DNA of 64,000 nt from Squalus acanthias (taxonomy: Eukaryota), in the NCBI GenBank assembly GCA_030390025.1, contig JASTWF010000123.1:620001-684000 (forward strand). Direction: 5' to 3'. Position numbers and translations under genes: made by a program. The notes below the pieces were generated by a model. That model saw nothing but the letters and a program-made list of their open reading frames with translations. It was not told the origin of the DNA and ran no database searches. How positions within the stretch are numbered: position 1 is the stretch's first letter; the number at the start of each line of letters is the position of its first letter. Shown here piece by piece: positions 36,746 through 49,538 of this stretch.

Positions 36746-37805
36746 CTTTTAAGAAAGAAAGAAAGATTTGCATTTATAAAGCGCATTTTCACACCCACCG
36801 AACATCTCAAACCGCCTGACAACCACTAAATACTTTCGGAAGTGTAATTGTAAAGGCAATTGTACATGTACTTGAAGAGGACTAATTTGCAGGGGAAAAA
36901 GCTGGGGTGTGGGACTAAATTGTACAGCCCCCTTGGGATGAGTAAGATGGCATGAGGGTAAGATGGCGGAAGGGTGCAAGATTGTATGATTCCAGGGCTA
37001 TGGGGAAAATAAGGCCAAAGGGACCTGTTTAGGGTTAATACAGAGCTATGGGGAGAGCGCGGCAGTAGGATGAGTTTGGGATTGATACAGGGCTATGGGG
37101 AGAGAGCGGGGCAGTGGGTTAGTTTGGGATTGATACAGGGCTATGGGGAGAGAGCGGGCAGTGGGATTAGTTTGGGATTGATACAGGGCTATGGGGAGAG
37201 ATTGGAGCAGTAGGATTAGTTTGGGATTGATACAGGGCTATGGGGAGTGAACAGGATTAGTTTCGGATAGATACAGGGCTATGGGGAGCAGTAGGATTCG
37301 TTTGGGATTGATACAGGGATATGGGGAGAGAGTGGAGCAGTAGGATTAGTTTGGGATGGATACAGGGCTATGGGGAGAGATTGGAGCAGTAGGATTAGTT
37401 TACGATTGATTCAGGGCTATGGGGAGAGAGTGGAGCAGTGGGATTAGTTTGGGATTGATACAGTGCTATGGGGAGAGAATGGAGCAGTGGGATTAGTTTG
37501 GGATTGATACAGGGCTATGGGGAGGGAGTGGAGCAGTAGGATTAGTTTGGGATGGATACAGGGCTATAGGGAGAGATTGGAGCAGTAGGATTCGTTTGGG
37601 ATTGATACAGGGCTATGGAAGAGATTGGAGCAGTAGGATTAGTTTGGGATGGATACAGGGCTATGGAGAGAGATTGGAGCAGTAGGATTAGTTTGGGATA
37701 GATACAGTGCTATGGGGAGAGATTGGAGCAGTATGATTAGTTTGGGATTGATACAGGGCTATGGGGAGAGAGTGGAGCAGTAGGATTAGTTTGGGATTGA
37801 TACAG

Positions 37806-38555
37806 AAGAACATAAGATGTAGGAGCAGGAGTAGGTCATTTGGCTCCTCGAGCCTGCTCCGCCATTCAATAACATCATGGCTGATCTGATCTTGGCCTCA
37901 ACTCCACTTCCCTGCCCGCTCCCCATAACCCTTGACTCCCTTACCATTCAAAAATCTGTCTATCTCCACCTTAAATATATTCAATGCCCCAGCCTCCACA
38001 GCTCTCTGGGGAAGAGAATTCCAAAGATTCACGACCCTCTGAGAGAAAAAAGTCCTCCTCATTTCCGTTTTAAATGGGTGCCCCCTTATTCTGAAATTAT
38101 GCCCCCTAGTTCTAGATTCCCCCACTAGGGGAAACATCCTCTCTGCATCTACCCTGTCAAGCCTCTTCAGAATCTTATATGTTTCAATAAGATCATCTCT
38201 CATTCTTCTAAACTCCAATGAGTATAGGCCCAACCTGCTCAACCTTTCTTCATAAGACAACCCTTTCATCTCTGGAATCAACCTCATGAACCTTCTCTGA
38301 ACTGCCTCCAGTGCAAGTAGATCCTTCTTTAAATAAGGAGACCAAAACTGTACGCAGTACTCCAGGTGTGGTCTCACCAACGCCCTGTACAGTTGTAACA
38401 GGACTTCCCTACTTTTATACTCCAGCCCCTTTGCAATAAAGGCCAACATTCCATTAGCCTTCCTAATTACTTGCTGTACCTGCATGCTGACTTTTTGTGA
38501 TTCATGTACAAGGACCCCCAGATCCCTCTGTACCTCAGCATTTTGTAATCTCTCT
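37806..38555 (-). mobile_element. CR1 3' fragment
   Basis: 195-aa ORF matching the CR1 C-terminus, plus tail. Confidence 0.9.
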
Positions 38556-38777
38556 GGGGCTATGTGGAGAGAGTGGAGCTGTCGGATTAGTTTGGGATTG
38601 ATACAGGGCTATGGGGAGAGATTGGAATAGTGGGATTAGTTTGGGATTGATACAGGGCTATGGGGAGAGAGTGGAGCAGTGGGATTAGTTTTGGATTGAT
38701 ACAGGGCTATGGGGAGAGATTGGAATAGTGGGATTAGTTTGGGATTGATACAGGGCTATGGGGAGAGAGTAGAGAAG

Positions 38778-39160
38778 TCTTCTTCTTAGGCAGTCCCTCG
38801 GAACCGAGGATGACTTGCTTCCACATTAAAAATGAGTTCGCAGGTGACTGATGAGTCCAATGCGGGACCTACAGTCTCTGTCACAGGTGGGGCAGACAGT
38901 GGTTGAAGGGGCAGGTGGGTGGGGTGCTTGGGTTGACGTGCGCTCCTTGCGCTGCCTGCGCTTGGCTTTCGCTTGCTCCCGGCGAAGAGACTCGAGATGT
39001 TCGGCGCCTTCCCGGATGCTTCTCCACTTTGTGCGGTCTTGGGCCCGGGAAATACCAGGTGTCGGTGGGGATGTTACACTTTTTCAAGGAGGCTTTGAGG
39101 GTGTCCTTGAAGTGTTTCCTCTGCCCACCTGGGGCTCTCTTGCCGTGCCGGAGCTCCGAG
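38778..39160 (-). mobile_element. RTE-type LINE 3' end
   Basis: FKDTLKASLKKCNI on the minus strand; (GAA)n tail. Confidence 0.7.
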
Positions 39161-40804
39161 TTGGGAGCAGTGGGGTTAGTTTGGGATGGATACAGGGCTA
39201 TGGGGAGAGAGTGGAGCAGTGGGATTAGTTTGGGATTGATACAGGGCTATGGGGAGAGATTGGAGCAGTGGGATTAGTTTGGGATGCTATGGGGAGAGAT
39301 TGGAGCAGTCGGATTAGTTTGGGATTGATACAGGGCTATGGGGAGGGAGCAGGGTAGTCGGATTTCTTTGGAATTGATACAAGGCTGTGGGGAGAGAGTG
39401 GAGCAGTGGGATTAGTTTGGGATTGATACAGGGCTGTGGGGAGACAGTGGAGCAGTGGGATTAGTTTGGGATTGATACAGGGCTGTGGGGAGAGAGTGGA
39501 GCAGTGGGATTAGTTTGGGATTGATGCAGGGCTGTGGGGAGAGAGTGGAGCAGTGGGATTAGTTTGGGATTGATACAGGGCTGTGGGGAGTGAGTGGAGC
39601 AGTGGGATTAGTTTGGGATTGATACAGGGCTATGGGAGAGATTGGAGCAGTAGGATTAGTTTGGGATTGATACAGGGCTGTGGGGAGAGAGTGGAGCAGT
39701 GGGATTAGTTTGGGATTGATACAGGGCTGTGGGGAGAGAGTGGAGCAGTGGGATTAGTTTGGGATTGATACAGGGCTATGGGGAGAGAGTGGAGCAGTGG
39801 GATTAGTTTGGGATTGATGCAGGGCTGTGGGGAGAGAGTGGAGCAGTGGGATTAGTTTGGGATTGATACAGGGCTATGGGGAGAGAGTACAGCAGTGGGA
39901 TTACTTTGGGATTGATACAGGGCTGTGGGGAGAGAGTGGAGCAGTGGGATTAGTTTGGGATTGATACAGGGCTGTGGGGAGAGAGTGGAGCAGTGGGATT
40001 AGTTTGGGATTGATACAGGGCTGTGGGGAGAGAGTGGAGCAGTGGGATTAGTTTGGGATTGATACAGGGCTATGGGGAGAGAGTGGAGCAGTGGGATTAG
40101 TTTGGGATTGATACAGGGCTGTGGGGAGAGAGTGGAGCAGTGGGATTAGTTTGGGATTGATACAGGGCTGTGGGGAGAGAGTGGAGCAGTGGGATTAGTT
40201 TGGGATTGATACAGGGCTGTGGGGAGAGAGTGGAGCAGTGGGATTAGTTTGGGATTGATACAGGGCTATGGGGAGGAGTATTTGCCAGAAGCCAAACCAC
40301 AAGCAGCTGGTTCATTGTAATAATAACCCATGGCCACTGGGTGGCAGTGCAACAGCACCAGATGTAGAGGGGCTGCTGGGAATGTCAGTGAAATTACAGC
40401 ACAGGACGATCCCACTGGGCCAGAGGGGTCTGAGCCAGTGGGAGCTCTTCAACTGAGTCTGTCTGCCTCTAAAAGGGAAGGACAGGGAATGGCTTAAACA
40501 GTTAGTACCTCATTGACAGTGAAGAGCTCTCGAACATCCATCGGATGTGAAAGGCATTTAATAAATATCTCACTCTCTCTCTCTCTGTCTCTTTCTCTCA
40601 CACTCTCAGTCTCACTTTGTTCCTTACTCTCACTCTCTCTCTCTCTCCTGCTTCCTCTGGTACTCTCTCTGACTCTCCATGTTTCTCTCTGTGTCTGTCT
40701 GTCTCTCTCTCACTCTCCCTCTCTCTCCCTCGCTCACTCTCCCTCTCACTTACTCTCTCTCCCTCTCTCCCTTTCTCTGACTCTCTTAGGCTGGTAGGAG
40801 TGTG

Positions 40805-41015
40805 TAAGATGGCGGGAGGGTAAGATGGCGGGAGGGTAAGATGGCTTGAGGGTAAGGTGGCGGGAGGGTAAGGTGGCGGGAGGGTAAGGCACGGGAGGGT
40901 AAGATTGCAGGAGGGTAAGGTACGGGTGGGTAAGGTGGCGGGAGGGTAAGATGGCGGGAGGGTAAGGTACGGGAGAGTAAGGTACGGGAGCATAAGATTG
41001 CAGGAGGGTAAGATG
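40805..41015. repeat. 16-bp tandem repeat AAGATGGCGGGAGGGT
   Basis: About 13 variable units after a (CT)n tract. Confidence 0.85.
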
Positions 41016-41289
41016 ACGTCCTCCTCCTTTAAGACGCTCCTTGAAACCTACCTCTTTGACCAAGCTTTTGGTCATCTGTCCTTATGTAGCTCAGTGCCAA
41101 ATTTTGTTTGATATCGCTCCTGTAAAGCGCCTTGGGACGTTTTACTGCATTAAAGGCGCTGTATAAAAGAGAGAGAAAAGGAGCAAATAGAGAGTGAGGG
41201 ACGATAGAGTGAGACAGAGAGAATAGAGAGATAGAATAGAAAGAGATTGAAAGATATATATAGAGAGAGACAGAAATAGAGTTTGCTCA

Positions 41290-41515
41290 CAGTCACGGGG
41301 GCTCTACTGGCAGTCCCCCTCGTGCTCGAGTATCTTCGGGAGAGGCAGCGGAGGCAGCGAAGAAGATGAGAAGATGCGCGCAGAGCGAGGAGGAGGAGGG
41401 CTCTCAACAGGAGGCCTTACCCACCGAGGGTCTTCGGAGAGCACTTCTCTTAAATCCACTTAAGCGAGGAGCAGTATATTAGGAGGCTACGCTTCACCAA
41501 GGAGGTGGTCACAGT
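41290..41515 (+). mobile_element. Harbinger transposase N-terminal fragment
   Basis: RRPYPPRVF...LSEEQYIRRLRFTKEVVT. Confidence 0.6.
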
Positions 41516-42312
41516 CACCACAGAAGCCAGTTCTCAGCCAATTCGATTCATTCCACGTGATATCAAGAAACGGCTGAGCACACTGGATACAGCAAAGGCT
41601 TTGGGCCCCGACAACATCCCGGCTGTCATGCTGGAGATTTGTGCTCCAGAACTAGCCGCGTCTCTAGCCAAGCTGTTCCAGTACAGCTATAACACTGGCA
41701 TCGATCCGACAATGTGGAAAACTGCCCAGGTATGTCCTGTCCAGTTCACAAAAAGCAGGACAAATCTAATCCAGCCAATTACCGCCCCATCAGTCTACTC
41801 TCAATCATCAGCAAAGTGATGGAAGGTGTCGTCGACAGTGCTGTCAAACAGCACTTACTCACCAATAACCTGCTCACTGATGCCCAGTTTGGGTTCCGTC
41901 AGGACCACTCAGCTCCAGAACTCATTACAGTCCTTGGTCCAAACATGAACAAAAGAGCTGAAGTCCAGAGGTGAGGTGAGAGTGACTGCCCTTGACATCA
42001 AGGCAGCATTTGACCGAGTGTGGCATCAAAGAGCCCTGGTAAAACTGAAGTCAATGGGCATCGGGGGGGAAACTCTCCAATGGCTGGAGTCATACCTAGC
42101 ACAAAGGAAGATGGTTGTGGTGGTTGGAGGTCAATCATTACAGCCCCAGGACATCGCTGCAGGAGTTCCTCAGGGCAGTGTCCTAGGCCCAACCATCTTC
42201 AGCTGCTTCATCAATGACCTTCCCTCCAACATAAGGTCAGAAGTGGGGATGTTCGCTGATGATTGCACAGTGTTCAGTGCTATTCACAACTCCTCAGATA
42301 ATGAAGCAGTAT
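41516..42312 (+). mobile_element. CR1/L2-group LINE RT fragment
   Basis: NYRPISLLS, QFGFR, LDIKAAFD, GVPQGSVLGP and FADD motifs. Confidence 0.85.
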
Positions 42313-42481
42313 CCCTCAATATCTTTTCCTTGGGTGTATTCCTCCAATGACGGTGCTGGTGGCGGGTGGGGAGGGTTCCCTCTTACATGCGACTACGAAT
42401 CCCTCCCAATGTCTGGTCCTGGGATATATTCCCCAATGACTGTACTTCGGGGGATTCCCTCGTGCAGGCGACTAGGAATCT

Positions 42482-43644
42482 CAACAACAACAACTTATAT
42501 TTATATAGCGCCTTTAATGTAAAAAAAGTCCCAAGGCGCTTCACAGGAGTGTTCGCAAAAATAAATTTGACACCGAGGCATATAAGGAGATGTTAGGGCA
42601 GATGACCAAAAGCTTGGTAAAGTGGTAGGTTGTAAGGAGAGTCTTAAAGGATGAAAGAGAAGTAGAGAGACGGAGAGATTTAGGGGGGGAATTCCCGAGC
42701 TAAGGGCCCAGGCAGCTGAAGGCACGACCACCAATGGTGGAGCATTTAAAATCGGGGATGTTCAAAAGTCCAGAATAGGTGGAGCACAGAGGTCTCGGGG
42801 GATTATAGGGCTGGAGGAGATTACAGAGAAAAGGAGGGGTGAGGCCATGGAGGGATTTGAAAACAAGGATGTGAATTTTAAAATCGAGGCATTGCTTAAC
42901 TGGGAGCCAATGCAGGTCAGCAAGCACAGGGAAGATGGGTTAGCAGGACTTGGTGCGAGTTTGCACAGGGGCAGCAGAGTGTTGGATGACCTCAAATTTA
43001 TGGGGGATAGAACTAGGGAGGCCGGCCAGGAGTGCATTGGAATAGTTAAGTCTAGAGATGATAAAGGCATGGATGAGGGTTTCAGCAGCAGATACTTTGA
43101 GGACGGGCGATATTACGAAGGTGGAAATTGGCAGTCTTAGTGATAGAACGATATGAGTAAGAAGCTCAATTCGTGATGAAATATGACACCAAGGTTGCGA
43201 ACAGACTTGGTCAGCCTTAGACATTTGTTGGGCAGAGAGATCGAATCAGTGGAAAGGGAATGGAGTCTTCCCGATATTTAATTGGAGGAAATTTTTATTC
43301 ATCCAGTGCTGGATGTTGGACAAGCAGTCTGATAGTATAGAGATGGTGGAGGGTTCAAAAGAGGTGGAGGAGAGGTAGAGCTGGGTATCAGCAGCGGACA
43401 TGTGAGAACTCACGCTGTGTTTTCGGATGATGTCACCGAGGGGCAACATGTAGATGAGAAATAGGAGGGGGCCAAGGATAGATCCTTGGGGGACACCAGA
43501 GGTGACAATGCGGGATCGGGAAGAGAAACCATTGCAGATGATTCTATGGTTACGGTTGGAGAGATAGGAATTAAACCAGGCAAGTGCAGTCCCATCCAGC
43601 TTGACGACGGTGGAGAGGCGTTGGAGCAGAATTTTGTGGTCAAT
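42482..43644 (-). mobile_element. L2 LINE 3' part
   Basis: GVPQGSILGPLLFLIYMLPLG, LHWLPV and (TTG)n tail. Confidence 0.85.
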
Positions 43645-46600
43645 CTCCCCCAATATTTGGTCCTGGGGTGTATTCCCTCAAATACTGTACGAGAGGGATT
43701 CCCTCACACATGGGACTGGGAAACTCCCCAAATATCAGATCCTGGGGTGTATTCCCCACAATATCTAGTCCTATTGTGTATTCCCCCAATGACTATACTG
43801 AGGTGATTCCCTTATGCATGAGACAGGGAGTCTCCCTCAATTACCCCCCAATGACTGTACCTCGAGGGTTTCCCCTCATACATGGGACTGTGAATCCCAA
43901 CCCCCTCTCCAATATCTTGTCCTGGAGCGTATTGCCCCAATAAATTTGCTTGTAGGAGAATAACCTCATACATGCAAATGGGAACCTTCTCCAATATCTG
44001 GTCCTGGATTTATTCCCCCAATATTTGGTCCTGGTGTGTATTCCCCCAATGACTGTCCCTCGAGCGTTTCCCTCATATGTGGGATATAAAATTCCACCAC
44101 CCACCCCCGCACCCCCTCCCCCCGCCGCAATATTGCATCCTGGGATGTATTCCACCACTGAATGTGCTTGTGGGTGAATTCCCTCATACATGCAGCTGGG
44201 AACCTCCCTCAATATCTGGTCCTCGGGTGTATCCTCAGTGTATCTAATCCTCGCGTGTATTCCCCCAGTATCTGCTCCTCGCGTGTATTCTCCCAGTATC
44301 TGGTCCTCGCGTGCATCCCCCAGTATCTGGTCCTCGCGTGTATTCCCCCAGTATCTGGTCCTGGTGTGTATTCCACCAGTATCTGGTCCTGGTGTGTATT
44401 CCTCCAGTATCTGGTTCTGGGTTGTATTCCCGGTATCTGGTCCTGGGTTGTATTCCCCCAGTATCTGGTCCTGTTGTGTTTTCCCCCAGCACCTGGTCCC
44501 AGTGTGTATTCCCCCAGTATCTGGTCCTGGTGTGTATTCCCCCAGTATCTGGTCCTAGGGTGTATTCCCTCAATACCTGGTCCTGGTGTGTTTTTCCCCA
44601 GTATCTGGTCCTGGGTTGTATTCCTCCAGTATCTGGTCCTGGTATGTATTCCCCCAATATCTGTTCCTGGGGTGTATTCCCTCAATACCTGGTCCTGGTG
44701 TGTATTCCCCCAGTATCTGGTCCTGGTGTGTTTTTCCCCAGTATCTGGTCCTGGGTTGTATTCCCCCAATATCTGGTCCTGGTGTGTATTCCCCCAGTAC
44801 CTGGTCCTGCGGTGTATTCCCCCAATATCTGGTCCTGGTGTGTATTTCCCCAGTATCAGGTCCTGGTGTGTATTCCCCCAATATCTGGTCCTGGTGTGTA
44901 TTCCCCCAATATCTGGTCCTGGGTTGTATTCCCCCAATATCTGGTCCTGCGGTGTATTCCCCCAATATCTGGTCCTGGTGTGTATTTCCCCAGTATCAGG
45001 TCCTGGTGTGTATTCCCCCAATATCTGGTCCTGGTGTGTATTCCCCCAGTATCTGGTCCTGGGGTGTATTCCTCCAATATCTGGTCCTGGTGTGTATTCC
45101 CCCAGTATCTGGTCCTGGTGTGTATTCCTCCAGTATCTGGTCCTGGGGTGTATTCCCCCAGTATCTGTTCCTGGGGTGTATTCCCCCAGTATCTGGTCCT
45201 GGGGTGTATTCCCCCAGTATCTGTTCCTGGGGTGTATTCCTCCAGTATCTGGTCCTGGGGTGTATTCCCCCAGTATCTGGTCCTGGGGTGTATTCCCCCA
45301 GTATCTGGTCCTAGGGTGTATTCCGTCAATACCTGGTCCTGGTGTGTATTTCCCTAGTATCTGGTCCTCGGTTGTATTCCTCCAGTATCTGGTCCTGGGG
45401 TGTATTCCCCCAGTATCTGGTCCTGGTGTGTATTCCCCCAGTATCTGGTCCTGGGTGTATTCCCCCAATATCTGGTCCTGGTGTGTATTCCCCCAGTATC
45501 TGGTCCTGGTGTGTATTCCCCCAATATCTGGTCCTGGGGTGTATTCCCCCAATATCTGGTCCTGGTGTGTATTCCCCCAGTATCAGGTCCTGGGGTGTTT
45601 TCCCCAATATCTGGTCCTGGTGTGTATTCCCCCAGTATCAAGTCCTGGGGTGTATTCCACAGTATCTGGTCCTGGTGTGTATTCCCCCAGTATCAGGTCC
45701 TGGGGTGTATTCCACAGTATCTGGTCCTGGTGTGTATTCCCCCAATATCAGGTCCTGGGGTGTATTCCCCAGTATCTGGTCCTGGTGTGTATTCCCCAAT
45801 ATCTGCTCCTGGGGTGTATTCCCCCAATACCTGGTCCTGGTGTGTATTCCTCCAATATCTGGTCCTGGGTTGCATTCCCCCAGTATCTGGTCCTGGGTTG
45901 TATTCCCCCAGTACCTGGTCCTGGTGTCTATTCCCCCAGTACCTGGTCCTGGTATGTATTCCCCCAATACCTGGTCCTGGTGTGTATTCCTCCAATATCT
46001 GGTCCTGGGTTGCATTCCCCCAGTACCTGGTCCTGGTGTGTATTCCCCCAGTTTCTGGTCCTGGTGTGTATTCCCCCAGTATCTGGTCCTAGGGTGTATT
46101 CCCTCAATACCTGGTCCTGGTGTGTTTTTCCCCAGTATCTGTTTCTGGGTTGTAGTCCTCCAGTATCTTGTCCTGGTATGTATTCCCCCAATATCTGTTC
46201 CTGGGGTGTATTCCCTCAATACCTGGTCCTGGTGTGTATTCCCCCAATATCTGGTCCTGGTGTGTATTCCCCCAGTATCTGGTCCTGGGTTGTATTCCTC
46301 CAATATCTGGTCATGGTGTGTATTCCCCGAGTTCCTGGTCCTGGTGTGTATTCCCCCAGTATCAGGTCCTGGTGTGTTTTCCCCAATATCTGGTCCTGGT
46401 GTGTATTCCCCCAGTATCTGTTCCTGGGGTGTATTCCCCAATATCTGTTCCTGGGGTGTATTCCCCCAGTATCTGGTCCTGGTGTGTATTCCCCCAGTAT
46501 CAGGTCCTGGGGTGTATTCCCCAATATCTGGTCCTGGTGTGTATTGCCCCAGTATCAGGTCCTGGGGTGTATTCCCCAATATCTGCTCCTGGTGTGTATT

Positions 46601-47327
46601 CCCCAATATCTGGTCCTGGGTTTTATTCCCCCAATACCTGGTCCTGGTGTGTATTCCCCCAGTATCTGGTCCTGGGTTGTATTCCTCCAATATCTGGTCC
46701 TGGGTTGTATTCCCCCAGTATCTGGTCCTGGGTTGTATTCCCCCAGTATCTGGTCCTGGGGTGTATTCCTCCAATATCTGTTCCTGGGGTTTATTCCTCC
46801 AATATCTGATCCTGGTGTGTATTCCCCCAGTATCTGGTAATAGAAACATAGAAACATAGAATCTAGGAGCAGGAGTAGGCCATTTGGCCCATCGAGCCTG
46901 CTCCACCATTCAATATGATCATGGCTGATCATCCAAATCCAGTACCCTGTCCCTGCTTTAATCCCCACAGTACACATATCCCACCCTACCCCCGTAACCC
47001 CACGTATTTAATTCCCCCCGAACACTAAGGGTCAATTTATCATAGCCAAATCAACCTAACCCGCACATTTTTGGACTGTGGGAGGAAACCGGAGCACCCG
47101 GAGGAAACCCACGCAGACACGGGGAGAATGTGCAAACTCCACACAGACAGTCACCCGAGGTCAGATTCGAACCCGGGTCCCTGGCGCTGTGAGGCACCAG
47201 TGCTAACCACTATGAGGTACTGGTGTGTATTCCCCCAATATCTGGTCCTGGGGTGTATTCCCCCAATATCTGGTCCTGGGGTGTATTCCCGCAATCTCTG
47301 TTTCTGGGGTGTATTCCCACAATATCT
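43645..47327. repeat. 28-bp satellite CCCCAGTATCTGGTCCTGGTGTGTATTC
   Basis: Degenerate at 43645-44200, homogeneous at 44200-46838, resumes at 47215; interrupted by a CR1 tail and a SINE. Confidence 0.95.
47010..47212 (-). mobile_element. HE1/V-SINE
   Basis: tRNA head plus V-domain TGTGTGGAGTTTGCACATTCTCCCCGTGTCTGCGTGGGTTTCCTCC. Confidence 0.85.
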
Positions 47328-48475
47328 GAAGAGACTCAGATCAAACTGTCACAGGGGGAGAGTGAAGAGACTCAGATCAAACTATCAGGACGGAGAGTGA
47401 AGAGACTCAGATCAAACTGTCACAGGACGGAGAGTGAAGAGACTCAGATGAAACTGTCACAGGACGGAGAGTGAAGAGACTCAGATCAAACTGTCAGGAC
47501 GGAGAGTGAAGAGACTCAGATCAAACTTTCAGGACGGAGAGTGAAGAGACTCAGATCAAACTGTCAGGACGGAGTGAAGAGACTCAGATCAAAATATCAG
47601 GACGGAGAGTGAAGAGACTCAGATCAAACTGTCAGGACGGAGAGTGAAGAGACTCAGATCAAACTGTCACAGGACGGAGAGTGAAGAGACTCAGATCAAA
47701 CTGTCAGGACGGAGAGTGAAGAGACTCAGATCAAACTGTCACAGGACGGAGAGTGAAGAGACTCAGATCAAACTGTCAGGACGGAGAGTGAAGAGACTCA
47801 GATCAAACTGTCACAGGACGGAGAGTGAAGAGACTCAGATCAAACTGTCATAGGACAGAGAGTGAAGAGACTCAGATCAAACTGTCACAGGACGGAGAGT
47901 GAAGAGACTCAGATCAAACTGTCAGGACGGAGTGAAGAGACTCAGATCAAACTGTCAGGACGGAGAGTGAAGAGACTCAGATCAAACTGTCACAGGACGG
48001 AGAGTGAAGAGACTCAGATCAAACTGTCAGGACGGAGAGTGAAGAGACTCAGATCAAACTGTCAGGACGGAGTGAGGAGACTCAGATCAAACTGTCAGGA
48101 CGGAGAGTGAAGAGACTCAGATCAAACTGTCAGGACGGAGTGAGGAGACTCAGATCAAACTGTCAGGACGGAGAGTGAAGATACTCAGATCAAACTGTCA
48201 GGACGGAGTGTGAAGAGACTCAGATCAAACTGTCAGGACGGAGAGTGAAGAGACTCAGATCAAACTGTCAGGACGGAGTGAAGAGACTCAGATCAAACTG
48301 TCAGGACCGAGTGAAGAGACTCAGATCAAACTGTCACAGGACAGAGTGAAGAGACTCAGATCAAACTGTCACAGGACGGAGTGAGGAGACTCAGATCAAA
48401 CTGTCAGGACGGAGTGAAGAGACTCAGATCAAACTGTCAGGACGGAGTGAAGAGACTCAGATCAAACTGTCACAG
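47328..48475. repeat. 33/35/37-bp satellite, copy 2
   Basis: Same unit as 20457-24949, shorter array. Confidence 0.96.
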
Positions 48476-48544
48476 AAGTGTATTGTTTTAATTTAAATTA
48501 ATTAAAGGGTAAATAATATTAATAAATTTAATTAATTACATAGA

Positions 48545-49500
48545 ATGGGAGAGCAGGTGATGTGTTACTGCTGCAATATGTGGGAGCTGGTGGACACCAT
48601 TGATGTTCACGGTGATCACATTTGCAGCAAGTGTTGGCTGCTCGAGAAACTCCGGCTCCGTACTGATGAGCTGGAGTCCGAGCTTCAAACACTGCGACAC
48701 ATCAGGGAGGGGGAGAGTTACCTGGACTCTGTGTTCCAGGAGGTACTCACACCAATTAGATTAACTAATTCAGATGTAGCCCGTGATCAGGGACAGGAGG
48801 GTGTGACTACGAGTGAGGCAGGTACGGGGATCCAGGAGGTAGTGTTGGAGGAGCCGCAGCCCTTGCTCTTGTCCAACAGGTTCGAGGCTCTTACTCCCTG
48901 TGAGGACGGGAGCAGGGACTGCAGGGAGGATGAGCAACCTGGCCACAGCACTGTGGTACGGGGAGCCATTCAAGTGGGGGGAGTAAAAAGAAATGTTGTA
49001 GTGGTAGGGGATAGTATCATTAAGGGGATAGATAGGGTTCTTTGCAGCCGAGAGCGAGAGTCCCGAAGGCTATGTTGCCTGCCCGGTGCCAGGGTTAAGG
49101 ACATCTCCTCTGGGCTGGAGAGAAACTTGGAGTGGGAGGGGGAAGATCCAGTTGTCGTGGTCCATGTTGGTACCAATGACATAGATAGGACAAGGAATGA
49201 GGTTCTGCTGAGGGAGTATGAGCAGCTAGGGGCCAAATTAAAAACAGAACCTCTAGGGTAGTAATCTCTGGATTACTACCTGAGCCACGAGCAAATTTGG
49301 CTAGGGTAAATAAAATCAGAGAGTTAAATGCGTGGCTCAAAGAATGGTGTGGGAGAAATGGGTTTTGCTTCCTGGGACACTGGCACCAGTACTGGGACAG
49401 GAGAGAGCTGTTCTGTTGGGACGGACTTCACTTGGCCAGTGCTGGGACTAGAGTCCTGGCAAATCGAATAACTAGGGCTGTAGAGAGGGCTTTAAACTAA
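48545..49500 (+). pseudogene. CR1 ORF1 copy 2, frameshift in an A-run at about 49240
   Basis: Split ORFs 48545-49261 and 49297-49500. Confidence 0.88.
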
Positions 49501-49538
49501 TTAGTGGGGGGGAGGTTTCAAGAGAGCAAAAAATAAAA

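Larger units (their letters stand above)
37030..40275 (+). repeat. G-rich 49-bp satellite, copy 1, with CR1 and RTE insertions
   Basis: Unit GGGATTAGTTTGGGATTGATACAGGGCTATGGGGAGAGAGTGGAGCAGT. Confidence 0.95.

Noticed and set aside
40513-40823. Hydrophobic ORFs as an IgW transmembrane exon
   Set aside because: (CT)n microsatellite translation on the wrong strand, with no CART motif.
44162-46977. Long ORFs (892, 505, 447 and 423 aa)
   Set aside because: Artefacts of a stop-poor 28-bp satellite that is open in several frames on both strands.
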